Of a stretch of 32,000 nt of DNA, positions 1-7,986 are shown piece after piece. The position numbers were made by a program, and so were the translations under genes. The DNA is from Dickeya dadantii NCPPB 898 (GTDB taxonomy: Bacteria > Pseudomonadota > Gammaproteobacteria > Enterobacterales > Enterobacteriaceae). The first letter of the stretch is position 1. The number at the start of each line of letters is the position of its first letter. The stretch covers positions 1 to 32,000 of the forward strand of contig NZ_AOOE01000043.1 of the NCBI RefSeq assembly GCF_000406145.1, given 5' to 3'. The notes below the pieces were generated by a model. The model ran no database searches. It was not told where the DNA came from and worked only from the letters and a program-made list of their open reading frames with translations.

Positions 1-193
1 TAACAAAAAGTTAGCCGATGAGTTCCTTTCGCAAGAGATAGACATTCGTTGATAACTATATGAGTATACCCGCCCATAACTGGACGGCGTTTTGAACACC
101 GGCAAGAAAGCGATAAATAATGGCCTCTTCCTGACCTCATGAATGCTGCATCAATAAATATTTTAATAATTTTGAATTTTCAGGAGACTGGTG

Positions 194-1156
194 ATGAACA
201 ACTCACACATTAACCTCCCCGCTGGTTACTTTGGCATCGTCCTTGGCATCATTGGATTGGGATTTTCCTGGCGGTTCGCGGCGACTATCTGGCCCGTCAC
301 AACCATACCCGCTAATACCCTCATCTTTCTGGCAATAATCATATGGGCGCTCTTGATGTTGGCGTTGATTATAAGAATGCTCCGGCATGCCGACAGCCTT
401 CTTCAGGAGATAAGACACCCGCTCAAAAGCAGTTTTGTGAGCCTGGCGCCGGCGACGTCGATGCTTGTCGCGATAGGGATTGCGCCATGGAATCACCCGA
501 TAGCTCTCGGCCTTTTCCTGATTGCTGTCGCTATCCAACTCACCTACTCAGCCTGGCAAACAGCAGGATTATGGAAAGGGAAACATCCCAGAGAAGCCAC
601 TACGCCGGGGCTGTATCTTCCAACCGTCGCGAATAATTTTATCAGTGCGATGGCATGTGGGGCGCTGGGGTTCCAGGATGTCGGGATCCTGTTTCTTGGG
701 GCCGGGATTTTTTCCTGGCTTAGCCTTGAACCCGCAATTCTGAGTCGGTTACGAAATCTTGATGAAATGTCCCCAGCCGTACGGACGTCGCTCGGCATTC
801 AGATGGCTCCGGCTTTTGTGGCCTGCAGCGCCTGGTTAAGCGTGAATGGCGGCCAGGCGGATGTTTTTGCTAAATTATTGTTCGGTTATGGCCTGTTACA
901 GATGCTGTTTATGATAAGGCTGATTCCCTGGTACTGTTGTCAGCCATTTAACCCCTCATTCTGGAGTTTCTCATTTGGTGTCGCGTCATTGGCGACAACG
1001 TCCATCCGACTGGGGAATGCTGTACCGGGCGGAGCATTATACTGGATATCATTCCCGTTATTTATTGCCTCTAATCTGGTTATCGTACTCCTTATGATAA
1101 AAACAGCGTCTCTTTTATTCAGCGGGAAATTAATCATCAGGGAAAACAGTAATTGA
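194..1156 (+). CDS. tehA: TehA-type tellurite-resistance / TDT (SLAC1-like) family membrane channel
   Basis: Track ORF 191..1156. The ATG at 194 lies 7 nt after AGGAG (182-186). The protein is polytopic and hydrophobic. The blocks [49 protein letters not shown] and SFWSFSFG are colinear with E. coli TehA as I recall it. No tehB follows. Confidence 0.88.
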   Translation: MNNSHINLPAGYFGIVLGIIGLGFSWRFAATIWPVTTIPANTLIFLAIIIWALLMLALIIRMLRHADSLLQEIRHPLKSSFVSLAPATSMLVAIGIAPWNHPIALGLFLIAVAIQLTYSAWQTAGLWKGKHPREATTPGLYLPTVANNFISAMACGALGFQDVGILFLGAGIFSWLSLEPAILSRLRNLDEMSPAVRTSLGIQMAPAFVACSAWLSVNGGQADVFAKLLFGYGLLQMLFMIRLIPWYCCQPFNPSFWSFSFGVASLATTSIRLGNAVPGGALYWISFPLFIASNLVIVLLMIKTASLLFSGKLIIRENSN

Positions 1157-1211
1157 CCCCCTATTTTCCCCGCGCTTAAAAATCACAATGGCCTGATGCG
1201 ATAATACGGTA

Positions 1212-1247
1212 TGAAAAAGAGTCTTCCGCTATCCGGGTGGAAGGCTC
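1212..1247 (-). terminator. rho-independent terminator candidate downstream of the ClbS-like gene
   Basis: The minus strand reads GAGCCTTCC-N11-GGAAGACTC (9-bp stem with one G:U pair) followed by TTTTTCAT. It lies about 50 nt after the stop at 1300. Confidence 0.5.
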
Positions 1248-1299
1248 CTGATCTGATGTTTAACTGCCATAATGGAACATCACCGTCAATTTGAGATGT

Positions 1300-1818
1300 T
1301 CACTTTAAACGCAGGTGATTGTTCTTTGCCCACTGCCTTAATCTCCCATTAGCATTGGCATAGGGTGATGACGTGTTCAATGAGATCATACGTCCCATTG
1401 TCCATTTGCCATACCATGGCTTGCCATACAGATCTTCATCAGTGCGCTCGTCAATCAGCCTCACTATTTCGTCTTTTACCGACTGAAGGTTATTGATTAA
1501 CGTCTGGTAATTTAATCCTTTGTAATCAAAGTAAAATTTCTGCGCCAGAAGCCCGAGCTGATTCCACTTGTAACCGGTTTCTGGGAAATCAACAGGTTGC
1601 CCTGTTGCGTCACCGCTAATCCATTTTACAACCAGAGTGTTCCATCCCAGCAAATACGAAACAAGCTCACAAACACTCATCTCCGTGCCTTTTGCATGGC
1701 CATCCAGCGATTTATCCGCAGTGAGCTCTGGCGGAATCGCATTGAGGTAACCGATTAATTTCGTGAAATTTTTATCAATAGCGAAAAGTAGTTCGGATTT
1801 TGTTTGTGGCACGCCCAT
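1300..1818 (-). CDS. ClbS/DfsB (DUF1706) family four-helix-bundle protein
   Basis: Track ORF 1300..1872. I prefer the internal ATG at 1818 (MGVPQTKSELL...), which is preceded by GAGAGG. The N-terminal P.TK.ELL..I...F.KL and the C-terminal KWT.GRMI..NT.SPY..A..R..W pattern match my recollection of the DUF1706/ClbS family. The family call is from memory only. Confidence 0.7.
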   Translation of the reverse strand: MGVPQTKSELLFAIDKNFTKLIGYLNAIPPELTADKSLDGHAKGTEMSVCELVSYLLGWNTLVVKWISGDATGQPVDFPETGYKWNQLGLLAQKFYFDYKGLNYQTLINNLQSVKDEIVRLIDERTDEDLYGKPWYGKWTMGRMISLNTSSPYANANGRLRQWAKNNHLRLK

Positions 1819-2216
1819 CAAGAACGCCCTCTCAGTTTTAAAAAAGATGCCGGTGTGGTGTCTGGAAAACAATCAATTATGACCCACCTGCCACTACAGG
1901 GGAAGCACCATAAAAAACACCGGTTCGGATCGATAAAACGCAACGGTCAGGCTGGTGAGGAATAATTCTGGTCGTTGCCATAAAATTCCCATCAGTTCTC
2001 AATTGAATATATGGATATCATTGCGTTACATCACATTATTTCCCATTTATTCCTCCCGGATTTATATTTAATCCACACAATGACGAATAATTTCTTTTTC
2101 TATGATGAATCGTTGTCTTTAATTTTTTTAGGATTTATCTTATTCACTGAAATATAAATATTACACAATGTTTAATGTGAAGCGGGATGTGCTTCTCATC
2201 TTACATCAAATAATAT

Positions 2217-2921
2217 ATGGACATGACTATGATGACATTCAAAAAGGCTTTATTAATATCTTCACTGTTATTACCTCTGGCCCATAGTGCCCAGGCTGCC
2301 TGGGAACTTGGCGATATCTGCTACGGCTATGCGACTGCCACGGGTTCAGGTTATTCCGGCGGCGCTTTATTATTGGACCCAATCCCTGCCAATATGGAGA
2401 TAACCGCGTTAAACAGAGCGCAACTGGACTATAAAGGAGTTAAAGCGGCGCTCGCCGGCGCTTATCTCAAAGTTACCGGGCCTAAGGGAAGTACAACGGT
2501 GTATGTCACTGACTTATACCCTGAAGGCGGCGATTGTGCACTGGATCTATCATTCAATGCGTTCGAGAAAATTGGTAATTTGCAGGATGGTAAAATTAAT
2601 ATCCAATGGGAATTAGTAAAGGCACCGATAAGCGGTAATGTGGTGTACAGAGTTAAAGAAGGATCTAATCCTTATTGGGCTGCAGTACAATTCAGAAATG
2701 TCAAATATCCGATTATTGGGATGAAGTATCTGCGAGGCAATCAGTGGGTCAGTGCGCCAAAAACAGATTACAATCATTTTATTTTGGAGTTCGTTGGTAA
2801 AAATGATATTCCGATCGAATTTACCGATCTCAAAGGTAATATCTTAAGCGATACGCTCCCGCCGATGTCAGACAGCACGTCGTCCGCCTATTTGATCACC
2901 GGAAAAGTACAACTGCCTTAA
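2217..2921 (+). CDS. yoaJ: secreted bacterial expansin (YoaJ/EXLX1 type, two-domain)
   Basis: A signal peptide ends ...LPLAHSAQA|AW. The mature part is colinear with B. subtilis YoaJ/EXLX1 as I recall it: GYAT.TGSGYSGGA.LLDPIP, EITA.N...L.Y.GVKAALAG.YL.V.GPKG.TTVYVTDLYPEG, ALDLS.NAF.KIG, DGKINI.W..VKAPI.GN..YR.KEGS..WWAA.Q.RN.KYP. The start codon is uncertain because four Met codons fall in the first 6 codons. Confidence 0.9.
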   Translation: MDMTMMTFKKALLISSLLLPLAHSAQAAWELGDICYGYATATGSGYSGGALLLDPIPANMEITALNRAQLDYKGVKAALAGAYLKVTGPKGSTTVYVTDLYPEGGDCALDLSFNAFEKIGNLQDGKINIQWELVKAPISGNVVYRVKEGSNPYWAAVQFRNVKYPIIGMKYLRGNQWVSAPKTDYNHFILEFVGKNDIPIEFTDLKGNILSDTLPPMSDSTSSAYLITGKVQLP

Positions 2922-3145
2922 TTTCTATGATGACAGGATACTGAGCAAATAAGAGTTACCGGTGATACCGGTAGCTCTTTCCTCTCTCCTCTGGCCCTCT
3001 TCGCTTTTTCCACTAAACCGCCCACGTTTTGCCTGCAAACTGGTTTTATCCACTCCGTGTTTTTCGTCAACGCGGGCGCTGCCTGCTGACACACCTCGCC
3101 TGCCCCCAGATAGCCAACGCCATGCTGAGTGCCCGCAACATTCCC

Positions 3146-3193
3146 TTGACAGGCCTTAAATGTCAATGCAAAACTATACCGTACGGTTTAGTT
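3146..3193 (+). promoter_or_regulatory. candidate sigma70 promoter with an embedded 22-bp GTAC-centred palindromic operator (site A)
   Basis: TTGACA (3146-3151), 18-nt spacer, AAAACT (3170-3175). The palindrome AACTATACCGT|ACGGTTTAGTT (3172-3193) pairs at 10 of 11 arm positions and begins inside the -10 hexamer. It is about 140 nt upstream of the lipoprotein ATG at 3330. Confidence 0.45.
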
Positions 3194-3329
3194 AATGTGT
3201 TGGCGTTAGCTCACCCGGTAAGTGGGGTTAATCAGAAGGCTAACGCCGTATAGAGAAGGTTTCCGCCTTCACCAGGGAAGTCAGTGTTACGTCACTCAAC
3301 AATAAGTTCTTTATCACAGGATACGTCAA

Positions 3330-3995
3330 ATGAAAGCATTCGCACGGGCCGCCCAGCCAGCCATCGTGACCCTCGCCATCTTTTTGGCCGGTTGTTCTGG
3401 TAGCCAGCAACCCTTACGCTACACCGGTATTGGTTCATCAGCCCAGTTGACCCCTAACAGCGGTGATGCATCCGACCGAATCCCCTTCAAGTACGCCGCG
3501 CCGGTTGACTGGAAAAAGTACAACAGCATTATCATTGAGCCTGTCGTGGTGTATTCAGGCAGCGACAATCAGTTTGGCGACCTGTCCGTGTCTGACAGGC
3601 AACAACTTGCCGCCTATATGCAAACAAAGTTCGAAGAGGCGCTGCGCCCACGCTTCAGGCAGGCGACAGCATCTGCGCCGGATGCTTTACGTCTGAAACT
3701 GACGCTTACCGGTGCCGAAACCACGACGCAAGTGGTAGGGACATTCACCAAGTTCGACCTTGCCGGCGGCCCTTACAACATCGTGCAATCTATTCGTGGC
3801 AAAGAGGGCATGTTCAGCGGTTCGGTGAGTTATGCTGTCGAGATCTACGACTCTACTTCCAATCGCTTGCTTCATGCCTATGTCGCTAAGCAATACCCGA
3901 ACGCCATGAACGTTTCTGCCACCATTGGCTCATTGAGCGCGGCAGAAGTCGGGATCGATAAAGGTGCAGACGAGCTGGCCGGCATACTGAAATAA
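3330..3995 (+). CDS. lipoprotein, DUF3313-like
   Basis: 221-aa ORF with a lipoprotein signal peptide and lipobox (…IFLAG|CSG). The size and the Y.SIIIEPVVVY motif fit my recollection of DUF3313 lipoproteins. The family name is tentative. Confidence 0.8.
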   Translation: MKAFARAAQPAIVTLAIFLAGCSGSQQPLRYTGIGSSAQLTPNSGDASDRIPFKYAAPVDWKKYNSIIIEPVVVYSGSDNQFGDLSVSDRQQLAAYMQTKFEEALRPRFRQATASAPDALRLKLTLTGAETTTQVVGTFTKFDLAGGPYNIVQSIRGKEGMFSGSVSYAVEIYDSTSNRLLHAYVAKQYPNAMNVSATIGSLSAAEVGIDKGADELAGILK

Positions 3996-4065
3996 GCGAT
4001 CCCCGTTGACCGGCCGAGTCGCCTGTAAGGCGTCACCGCGGGCATACCGGTAAATGTTAAAAACA

Positions 4066-4095
4066 ACAGATAACCGAAAGCCGGTTATCTGTTTC
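4066..4095 (+). terminator. hairpin / weak terminator between the lipoprotein gene and the pqi operon
   Basis: Perfect 11-bp stem ACAGATAACCG-AAAGC-CGGTTATCTGT followed by TTCCCCCC, which is a short T tract. Confidence 0.45.
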
Positions 4096-4127
4096 CCCCC
4101 TTATCTTGCTGAGTATTGTCCACCGCG

Positions 4128-4757
4128 ATGAAAAGCTACCCGTATTTAATCGCCTGCCCACACTGCGGTGGCGTGTATCGCCTCCGCCCGCTGGTCGGCA
4201 ACGATGTCGCGCAATGTGTGCGCTGTCTGGCCATTCTTTATCGCTCCTCGTCGATGGACCCGGCACGTTTGCTTCCGCTGGCTTTTGCTTCCGCCATCAC
4301 CTTTCTGATGGCTAATGCCTGGCCTGTCATGACGGTGAGTTTTCATGGATTAACCCATAACGTGACGCTCTGGCAATCCATGTGGTCGCTTGCTCAGGGT
4401 GATACCGCCCTTCTGGCGTGGTGCGCGGTGCTGTTCCTTATTCTTGCCCCTTCTTTACAAATCATGCTGTTAACCTGGATTTTGTTGTTCGCAAGCGCCC
4501 GCCGGCGGGCACCGGGCTTTATCGCCATCATGAAAACGCTGAGGTGGTTACGCCCCTGGAACATGATGGAAGTGGGTCTGCCCGGTTTTTTGGTCGCGGC
4601 GGGGAAACTGTCCGGTCTGCTGGATGTCTCTGTCGAGCCCGGAGGGTGGTTTCTGGTGGCTTCATTGATACTGGTTTTTATCATTACCCGTCAGGAGAAT
4701 CGTTGGCTGTGGGCGCTTGGCGCGACCGTTCATCACGGAAAGGCGCATCATGCATAA
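4128..4757 (+). CDS. pqiA: PqiA-family inner-membrane protein, N-terminal-half homolog (one zinc-ribbon plus TM module)
   Basis: Track ORF 4116..4757 starts at TTG; the first ATG is at 4128 (MKSYPYLIACPHCGG...CVRC). It has a CxxC...CxxC zinc ribbon followed by about 4 hydrophobic segments, which is half the length of the fused 417-aa E. coli PqiA. Confidence 0.8.
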   Translation: MKSYPYLIACPHCGGVYRLRPLVGNDVAQCVRCLAILYRSSSMDPARLLPLAFASAITFLMANAWPVMTVSFHGLTHNVTLWQSMWSLAQGDTALLAWCAVLFLILAPSLQIMLLTWILLFASARRRAPGFIAIMKTLRWLRPWNMMEVGLPGFLVAAGKLSGLLDVSVEPGGWFLVASLILVFIITRQENRWLWALGATVHHGKAHHA

Positions 4758-5370
4758 AGTGCCGTCAGCCCGTCAGATGAATGTCTGCGATTGCCCGGTT
4801 TGCGGGCTGGTTTTCGACGCACCGGCGGCGGATGACCGTAACGCCCGTTGCCCACGTTGCCACACCCGGTTTGATGCACATTCCCCAGGCAGCACCGCCC
4901 TGTCGTGGGCTCTGCTGCTTGCCGCCCTGATTTTTTACATTCCGGCCAATACCCTACCGGTGATGCACACCAGCCAGCTCGCCAGCGGCGGCGAAAGCAC
5001 GATTATGTCTGGCGTCGTCGACTTCTGGCAGCATGGCTCGTATGGCATTGCCCTGATCATATTTGTTGCCAGCGTGGTGATCCCTTGCATGAAGTTCCTG
5101 TCCCTGATACTCCTGCTGGTCACCGCTCGTCGGAAAAGCGCTTGGGCAAGACGCGAACGCACCCGGCTCTATCGCATAACGGAATGGATCGGCCGCTGGT
5201 CCATGCTGGATGTGATTGTCGTGGCAGTGGTGTGCAGCCTGGTTCGCTTTCATTCGCTGGGCGAAGCGGAACCCCGCCCCGGCATCCTGTTTTTTGGACT
5301 GGTGGTTATCCTGACCATGCTCTCCGCCATGAGTTTCGATCCGCGTTCGATCTGGGAGGAGGAGCAATGA
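4750..5370 (+). CDS. pqiA: PqiA-family inner-membrane protein, C-terminal-half homolog
   Basis: The ATG at 4750 (MHKVPSARQMNVCDCPVCG...CPRC) follows GGAAAGG and overlaps the upstream stop (4755-4757) by 8 nt. It carries a second CxxC...CxxC ribbon plus TM segments. Its stop overlaps the pqiB start (ATGA). Confidence 0.8.
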   Translation: MHKVPSARQMNVCDCPVCGLVFDAPAADDRNARCPRCHTRFDAHSPGSTALSWALLLAALIFYIPANTLPVMHTSQLASGGESTIMSGVVDFWQHGSYGIALIIFVASVVIPCMKFLSLILLLVTARRKSAWARRERTRLYRITEWIGRWSMLDVIVVAVVCSLVRFHSLGEAEPRPGILFFGLVVILTMLSAMSFDPRSIWEEEQ

Positions 5371-7037
5371 ATCCGATGTTACCGGGTGAGATCACCGCCA
5401 TTCGCCGCAGCTGGCGTCATGCCGCTATCTGGTTCGTCCCGGTTATCGCGCTGGCGATCAGCCTCGCTATGCTGGTTCAGTCTCGCCTGTCCGCCGGTCC
5501 TGACATCACCCTTTCCTTTCGCAGTGCGACAGGGCTTGAAGCCGGTAAAACCACGGTTAAATACAAAGACGTCACGGTCGGAATAGTAAAAGATATCGTT
5601 ATTAACGATGACGGTTCCCGTGTTCTGGTCAGGGTGCAACTGAACAAAAGCGCAGAGAATCTGGCGCGCAGCGGCTCACGGTTTTGGGTAGTCAGGCCAC
5701 GCGTGGGGATGAGCGGCGTCAGCGGCATTGATACCCTGTTATCCGGCGCCTATATCGGCGTGGATAAAGGCTATTCATCGGAAACCCGGCGCGAATTTAC
5801 CGGTCTGGAAACCCCGCCCGCCATTATCAATGACATGCCAGGGAGCCATTTTGTCATCGACGCCGACGATTTGGGGTCGTTGGATATCGGCTCGCCGATT
5901 TACTACCGCCGGGTACAGGTGGGACGTCTTGCTTCTTATCATCTGAAAGAAGACGGCCGTGGCGTCAGTTTACAGGTTTTCATCGATGCGCCTTATGACC
6001 GACTGGTGCAGCCTGACACCCGTTTCTGGAATGTCAGCGGCGTCGACCTATCCGTCGGTGCCAACGGCTTTCGCCTGAAAACGCAGACCGTGGCTGCGGT
6101 GCTGGCCGGCGGCATCGCGTTTGCCACCCCGGAGAGCAATAAAGATAGCGATAAAACGCCGGCGATTAACTCCCCCGTCAGCTATCGATTGGCACCGGAT
6201 CAGGAGTCCGCCATGTCGGCGCCGGATGGGCAGGCGATTCCATTCCGGCTTCGGTTTGAACGTGCGTTACATGGGCTGGACATCGGCGCGCCGGTAGAAT
6301 TTTCCAGCGTCACCATTGGTCGGGTTACGGCTATCACGCTGGATTATAATCCCACTGGCTATCGTTTCCCGACGATCGTGGATGTTGAGGTCTACCCCGC
6401 TCGTCTGGGAAATTTGCTGGATAAACTGCCCGGTTCATCGCCATCTGAATCCCCTTCGCCCGCAGAAACAGTGAACAAAGCCGCCCTGTTCACCCGTGAC
6501 CTTGTCGCCCACGGCCTGCGGGCCCAGGCGGTTCCCGGCAACCTGTTGACCGGGCAACTGTATGTTTCATTCGATTTTGTGCCTGATGCCCCCAACGTCC
6601 GCTTTAATCCAAACGCCCGCCCCATCGAATTACCGACCGTCAGCGGCGGGCTGGATAAACTGCAAGCGCAATTGGGCGGTATCGTCGCCAAAGTTAACAA
6701 CATGCCGCTGGAGTCTATCGGCAATAACCTGAACAACACCCTGGTTGAATTGAACAAGACGCTGCGGTTGGTCAATAACCAGACCTTGCCGACCGCCAAC
6801 AGCCTGATGAAACAAACGCAACTGACGACGGAAAACGCCCAGGAACTCATCGCGGAAGACTCGCCATTGCTGATTCATTTCACTCAGACGTTACAGGAAG
6901 CAAGCCGGACGCTGCGCACCCTACGCGAGTTTACGGAGCAACTGGAGCGTAACCCGGAGTCGCTACTGCGTGGACGCTCATCGGATTCAGCCCCTAACGC
7001 AGCGGATGACCGTTCTGCTTCCCCCAAAGGAAAATAG
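5367..7037 (+). CDS. pqiB: PqiB-like multi-MCE-domain periplasm-spanning protein
   Basis: This is the in-frame part of track ORF 4905..7037. The true start is the ATG at 5367 (MNPMLPGEI...), which overlaps the pqiA-C stop as ATGA. An N-terminal TM segment (AAIWFVPVIALAISLAML) is followed by repeated MCE-like blocks (GKTTVKYKDVTVG, FWVV.PR.G..GVSG..TLLSGAYI, GAPVEF..V.IG.V) and a C-terminal helical region. It is colinear with E. coli PqiB as recalled. Confidence 0.88.
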   Translation: MNPMLPGEITAIRRSWRHAAIWFVPVIALAISLAMLVQSRLSAGPDITLSFRSATGLEAGKTTVKYKDVTVGIVKDIVINDDGSRVLVRVQLNKSAENLARSGSRFWVVRPRVGMSGVSGIDTLLSGAYIGVDKGYSSETRREFTGLETPPAIINDMPGSHFVIDADDLGSLDIGSPIYYRRVQVGRLASYHLKEDGRGVSLQVFIDAPYDRLVQPDTRFWNVSGVDLSVGANGFRLKTQTVAAVLAGGIAFATPESNKDSDKTPAINSPVSYRLAPDQESAMSAPDGQAIPFRLRFERALHGLDIGAPVEFSSVTIGRVTAITLDYNPTGYRFPTIVDVEVYPARLGNLLDKLPGSSPSESPSPAETVNKAALFTRDLVAHGLRAQAVPGNLLTGQLYVSFDFVPDAPNVRFNPNARPIELPTVSGGLDKLQAQLGGIVAKVNNMPLESIGNNLNNTLVELNKTLRLVNNQTLPTANSLMKQTQLTTENAQELIAEDSPLLIHFTQTLQEASRTLRTLREFTEQLERNPESLLRGRSSDSAPNAADDRSASPKGK

Positions 7038-7039
7038 CC

Positions 7040-7642
7040 ATGAGATTGATACTGCCGCTGCTCACTGTCATTGTGGCGCTGACGCTACCGGCCTGCCGCT
7101 CCCCGCAGGTTCGCTACCATACGCTACTTCCCCCGACCGCCGGTGCGGTATCGCCCCCGGCGCCATTCGCGATTGAGGTATTACCGGTCGATGTACCGGC
7201 GCAGGTGGACCGACAGCAGGTGGTGATTCGCACTGGTCAGGACGGCGCCATGATCCTTGACGGCGATCGCTGGCTGAGTCCGCTAAGCGATGAGATTCAC
7301 ACGGCGCTGTCATCACTGCTGGCTCAGCGGCCGGGGGCCTCTAATGCATCTGGGCAGCCGCTGCCGCGCGATATCCCTGTACTGCGGGTCCGCATGCAGA
7401 TTCGGCGTTTTGACAGCTGGCCCGGTCAGTTCGTCTCGCTCGACGCCGACTGGAGCCTGACCGCCAAAAGCGGGGATAAGCACCTCAAACTGTCTTGCCG
7501 CAGCCAGTTGACGGAAAGCGCCGCCGGCGATCTCACGCAACTGTTTTCTGCCTGGCAGAAGATTATTGAGCGAGTCGCGACACAGATGGCGGAAACCGCC
7601 CGGCAATGGCAACAAGATGGGAATATGGCGTGTCAATCGTGA
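7040..7642 (+). CDS. pqiC: PqiC (YmbA)-like auxiliary lipoprotein
   Basis: Lipobox LTLPA|CRS. The ORF is 200 aa and starts 2 nt after the pqiB stop. The RYH.L start of the mature part and the RWLSPL motif resemble the YmbA/DUF330 family. Confidence 0.8.
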   Translation: MRLILPLLTVIVALTLPACRSPQVRYHTLLPPTAGAVSPPAPFAIEVLPVDVPAQVDRQQVVIRTGQDGAMILDGDRWLSPLSDEIHTALSSLLAQRPGASNASGQPLPRDIPVLRVRMQIRRFDSWPGQFVSLDADWSLTAKSGDKHLKLSCRSQLTESAAGDLTQLFSAWQKIIERVATQMAETARQWQQDGNMACQS

Positions 7643-7667
7643 AACGGAAAAGCGACGTGTAAACAAA

Positions 7668-7699
7668 CAGAGGATACGTCGATCAGAGGATACGCCGAT
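7668..7699. repeat. 16-bp tandem duplication
   Basis: CAGAGGATACGTCGAT (7668-7683) is directly followed by CAGAGGATACGCCGAT (7684-7699), with 15 of 16 positions identical. Confidence 0.85.
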
Positions 7700-7727
7700 G
7701 CAGCGATAGCTGGTGTTTCCTGAAGAA

Positions 7728-7760
7728 GAGCCAGTTCGGTCACCCGACCTGGCTCCTGTT
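7728..7760. terminator. hairpin between the convergent pqiC and mini-lipoprotein genes (possible bidirectional terminator)
   Basis: GAGCCAGTTCGG-TCAC-CCGACCTGGCTC forms a 12-bp stem with 1 mismatch. It is followed by CTGTTT on the plus strand and TTCTTC on the minus strand; both tails are weak. Confidence 0.4.
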
Positions 7761-7780
7761 TCACGCCCAGAGGCGGCGCG

Positions 7781-7861
7781 CTAAATATGACTGCCGATAG
7801 ACAGACAACCGTTCAGGATCATGGCGGCCATGACGATACAAACCAGCCCAATAATTCTCAT
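7781..7861 (-). CDS. mini-lipoprotein / small hydrophobic peptide, 26 aa (MRIIGLVCIVMAAMILNGCLSIGSHI)
   Basis: Not in the ORF track because it is too short; I hand-translated it. The ATG at 7861 is preceded by GAGGA with a 6-nt spacing. Lipobox L-N-G-C has Cys at residue 19. It is a paralog of the ORF just upstream, with the same Cys position and same frame. Confidence 0.55.
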   Translation of the reverse strand: MRIIGLVCIVMAAMILNGCLSIGSHI

Positions 7862-7900
7862 GTTCTTTCCTCACTCGTAACCGAATAAGATGGCTTCCCC

Positions 7901-7972
7901 CTAAAACAGGGAGACACAACCGGTCAGCATACAGACAGCCGCAGCAAACCCTGCCAACGCCAGAATTTTCAT
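7901..7972 (-). CDS. mini-lipoprotein / small hydrophobic peptide, 23 aa (MKILALAGFAAAVCMLTGCVSLF)
   Basis: Not in the ORF track; I hand-translated it. The ATG at 7972 is preceded by GAGGG with a 6-nt spacing. Lipobox L-T-G-C has Cys at residue 19. A strong promoter-like sequence lies about 35-60 nt upstream. Confidence 0.55.
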   Translation of the reverse strand: MKILALAGFAAAVCMLTGCVSLF

Positions 7973-7986
7973 ACTCCACCCTCAAT

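Noticed and set aside
2922-3145. GC-rich part of the expansin-lipoprotein spacer with overlapping 65-82-aa ORFs (2918..3166 minus, 2962..3159 plus). I considered a gene remnant or small gene.
   Set aside because: There is no RBS, no recognisable motif and mutually overlapping frames. I cannot distinguish a decayed pseudogene from noise without a database search.
4905-5366. N-terminal 154-aa extension of the PqiB ORF (track 4905..7037).
   Set aside because: It overlaps the pqiA-C gene in another frame and is Arg/His/Cys-rich nonsense. The ATG at 5367 gives a PqiB-like N-terminal TM segment and the classic ATGA coupling.
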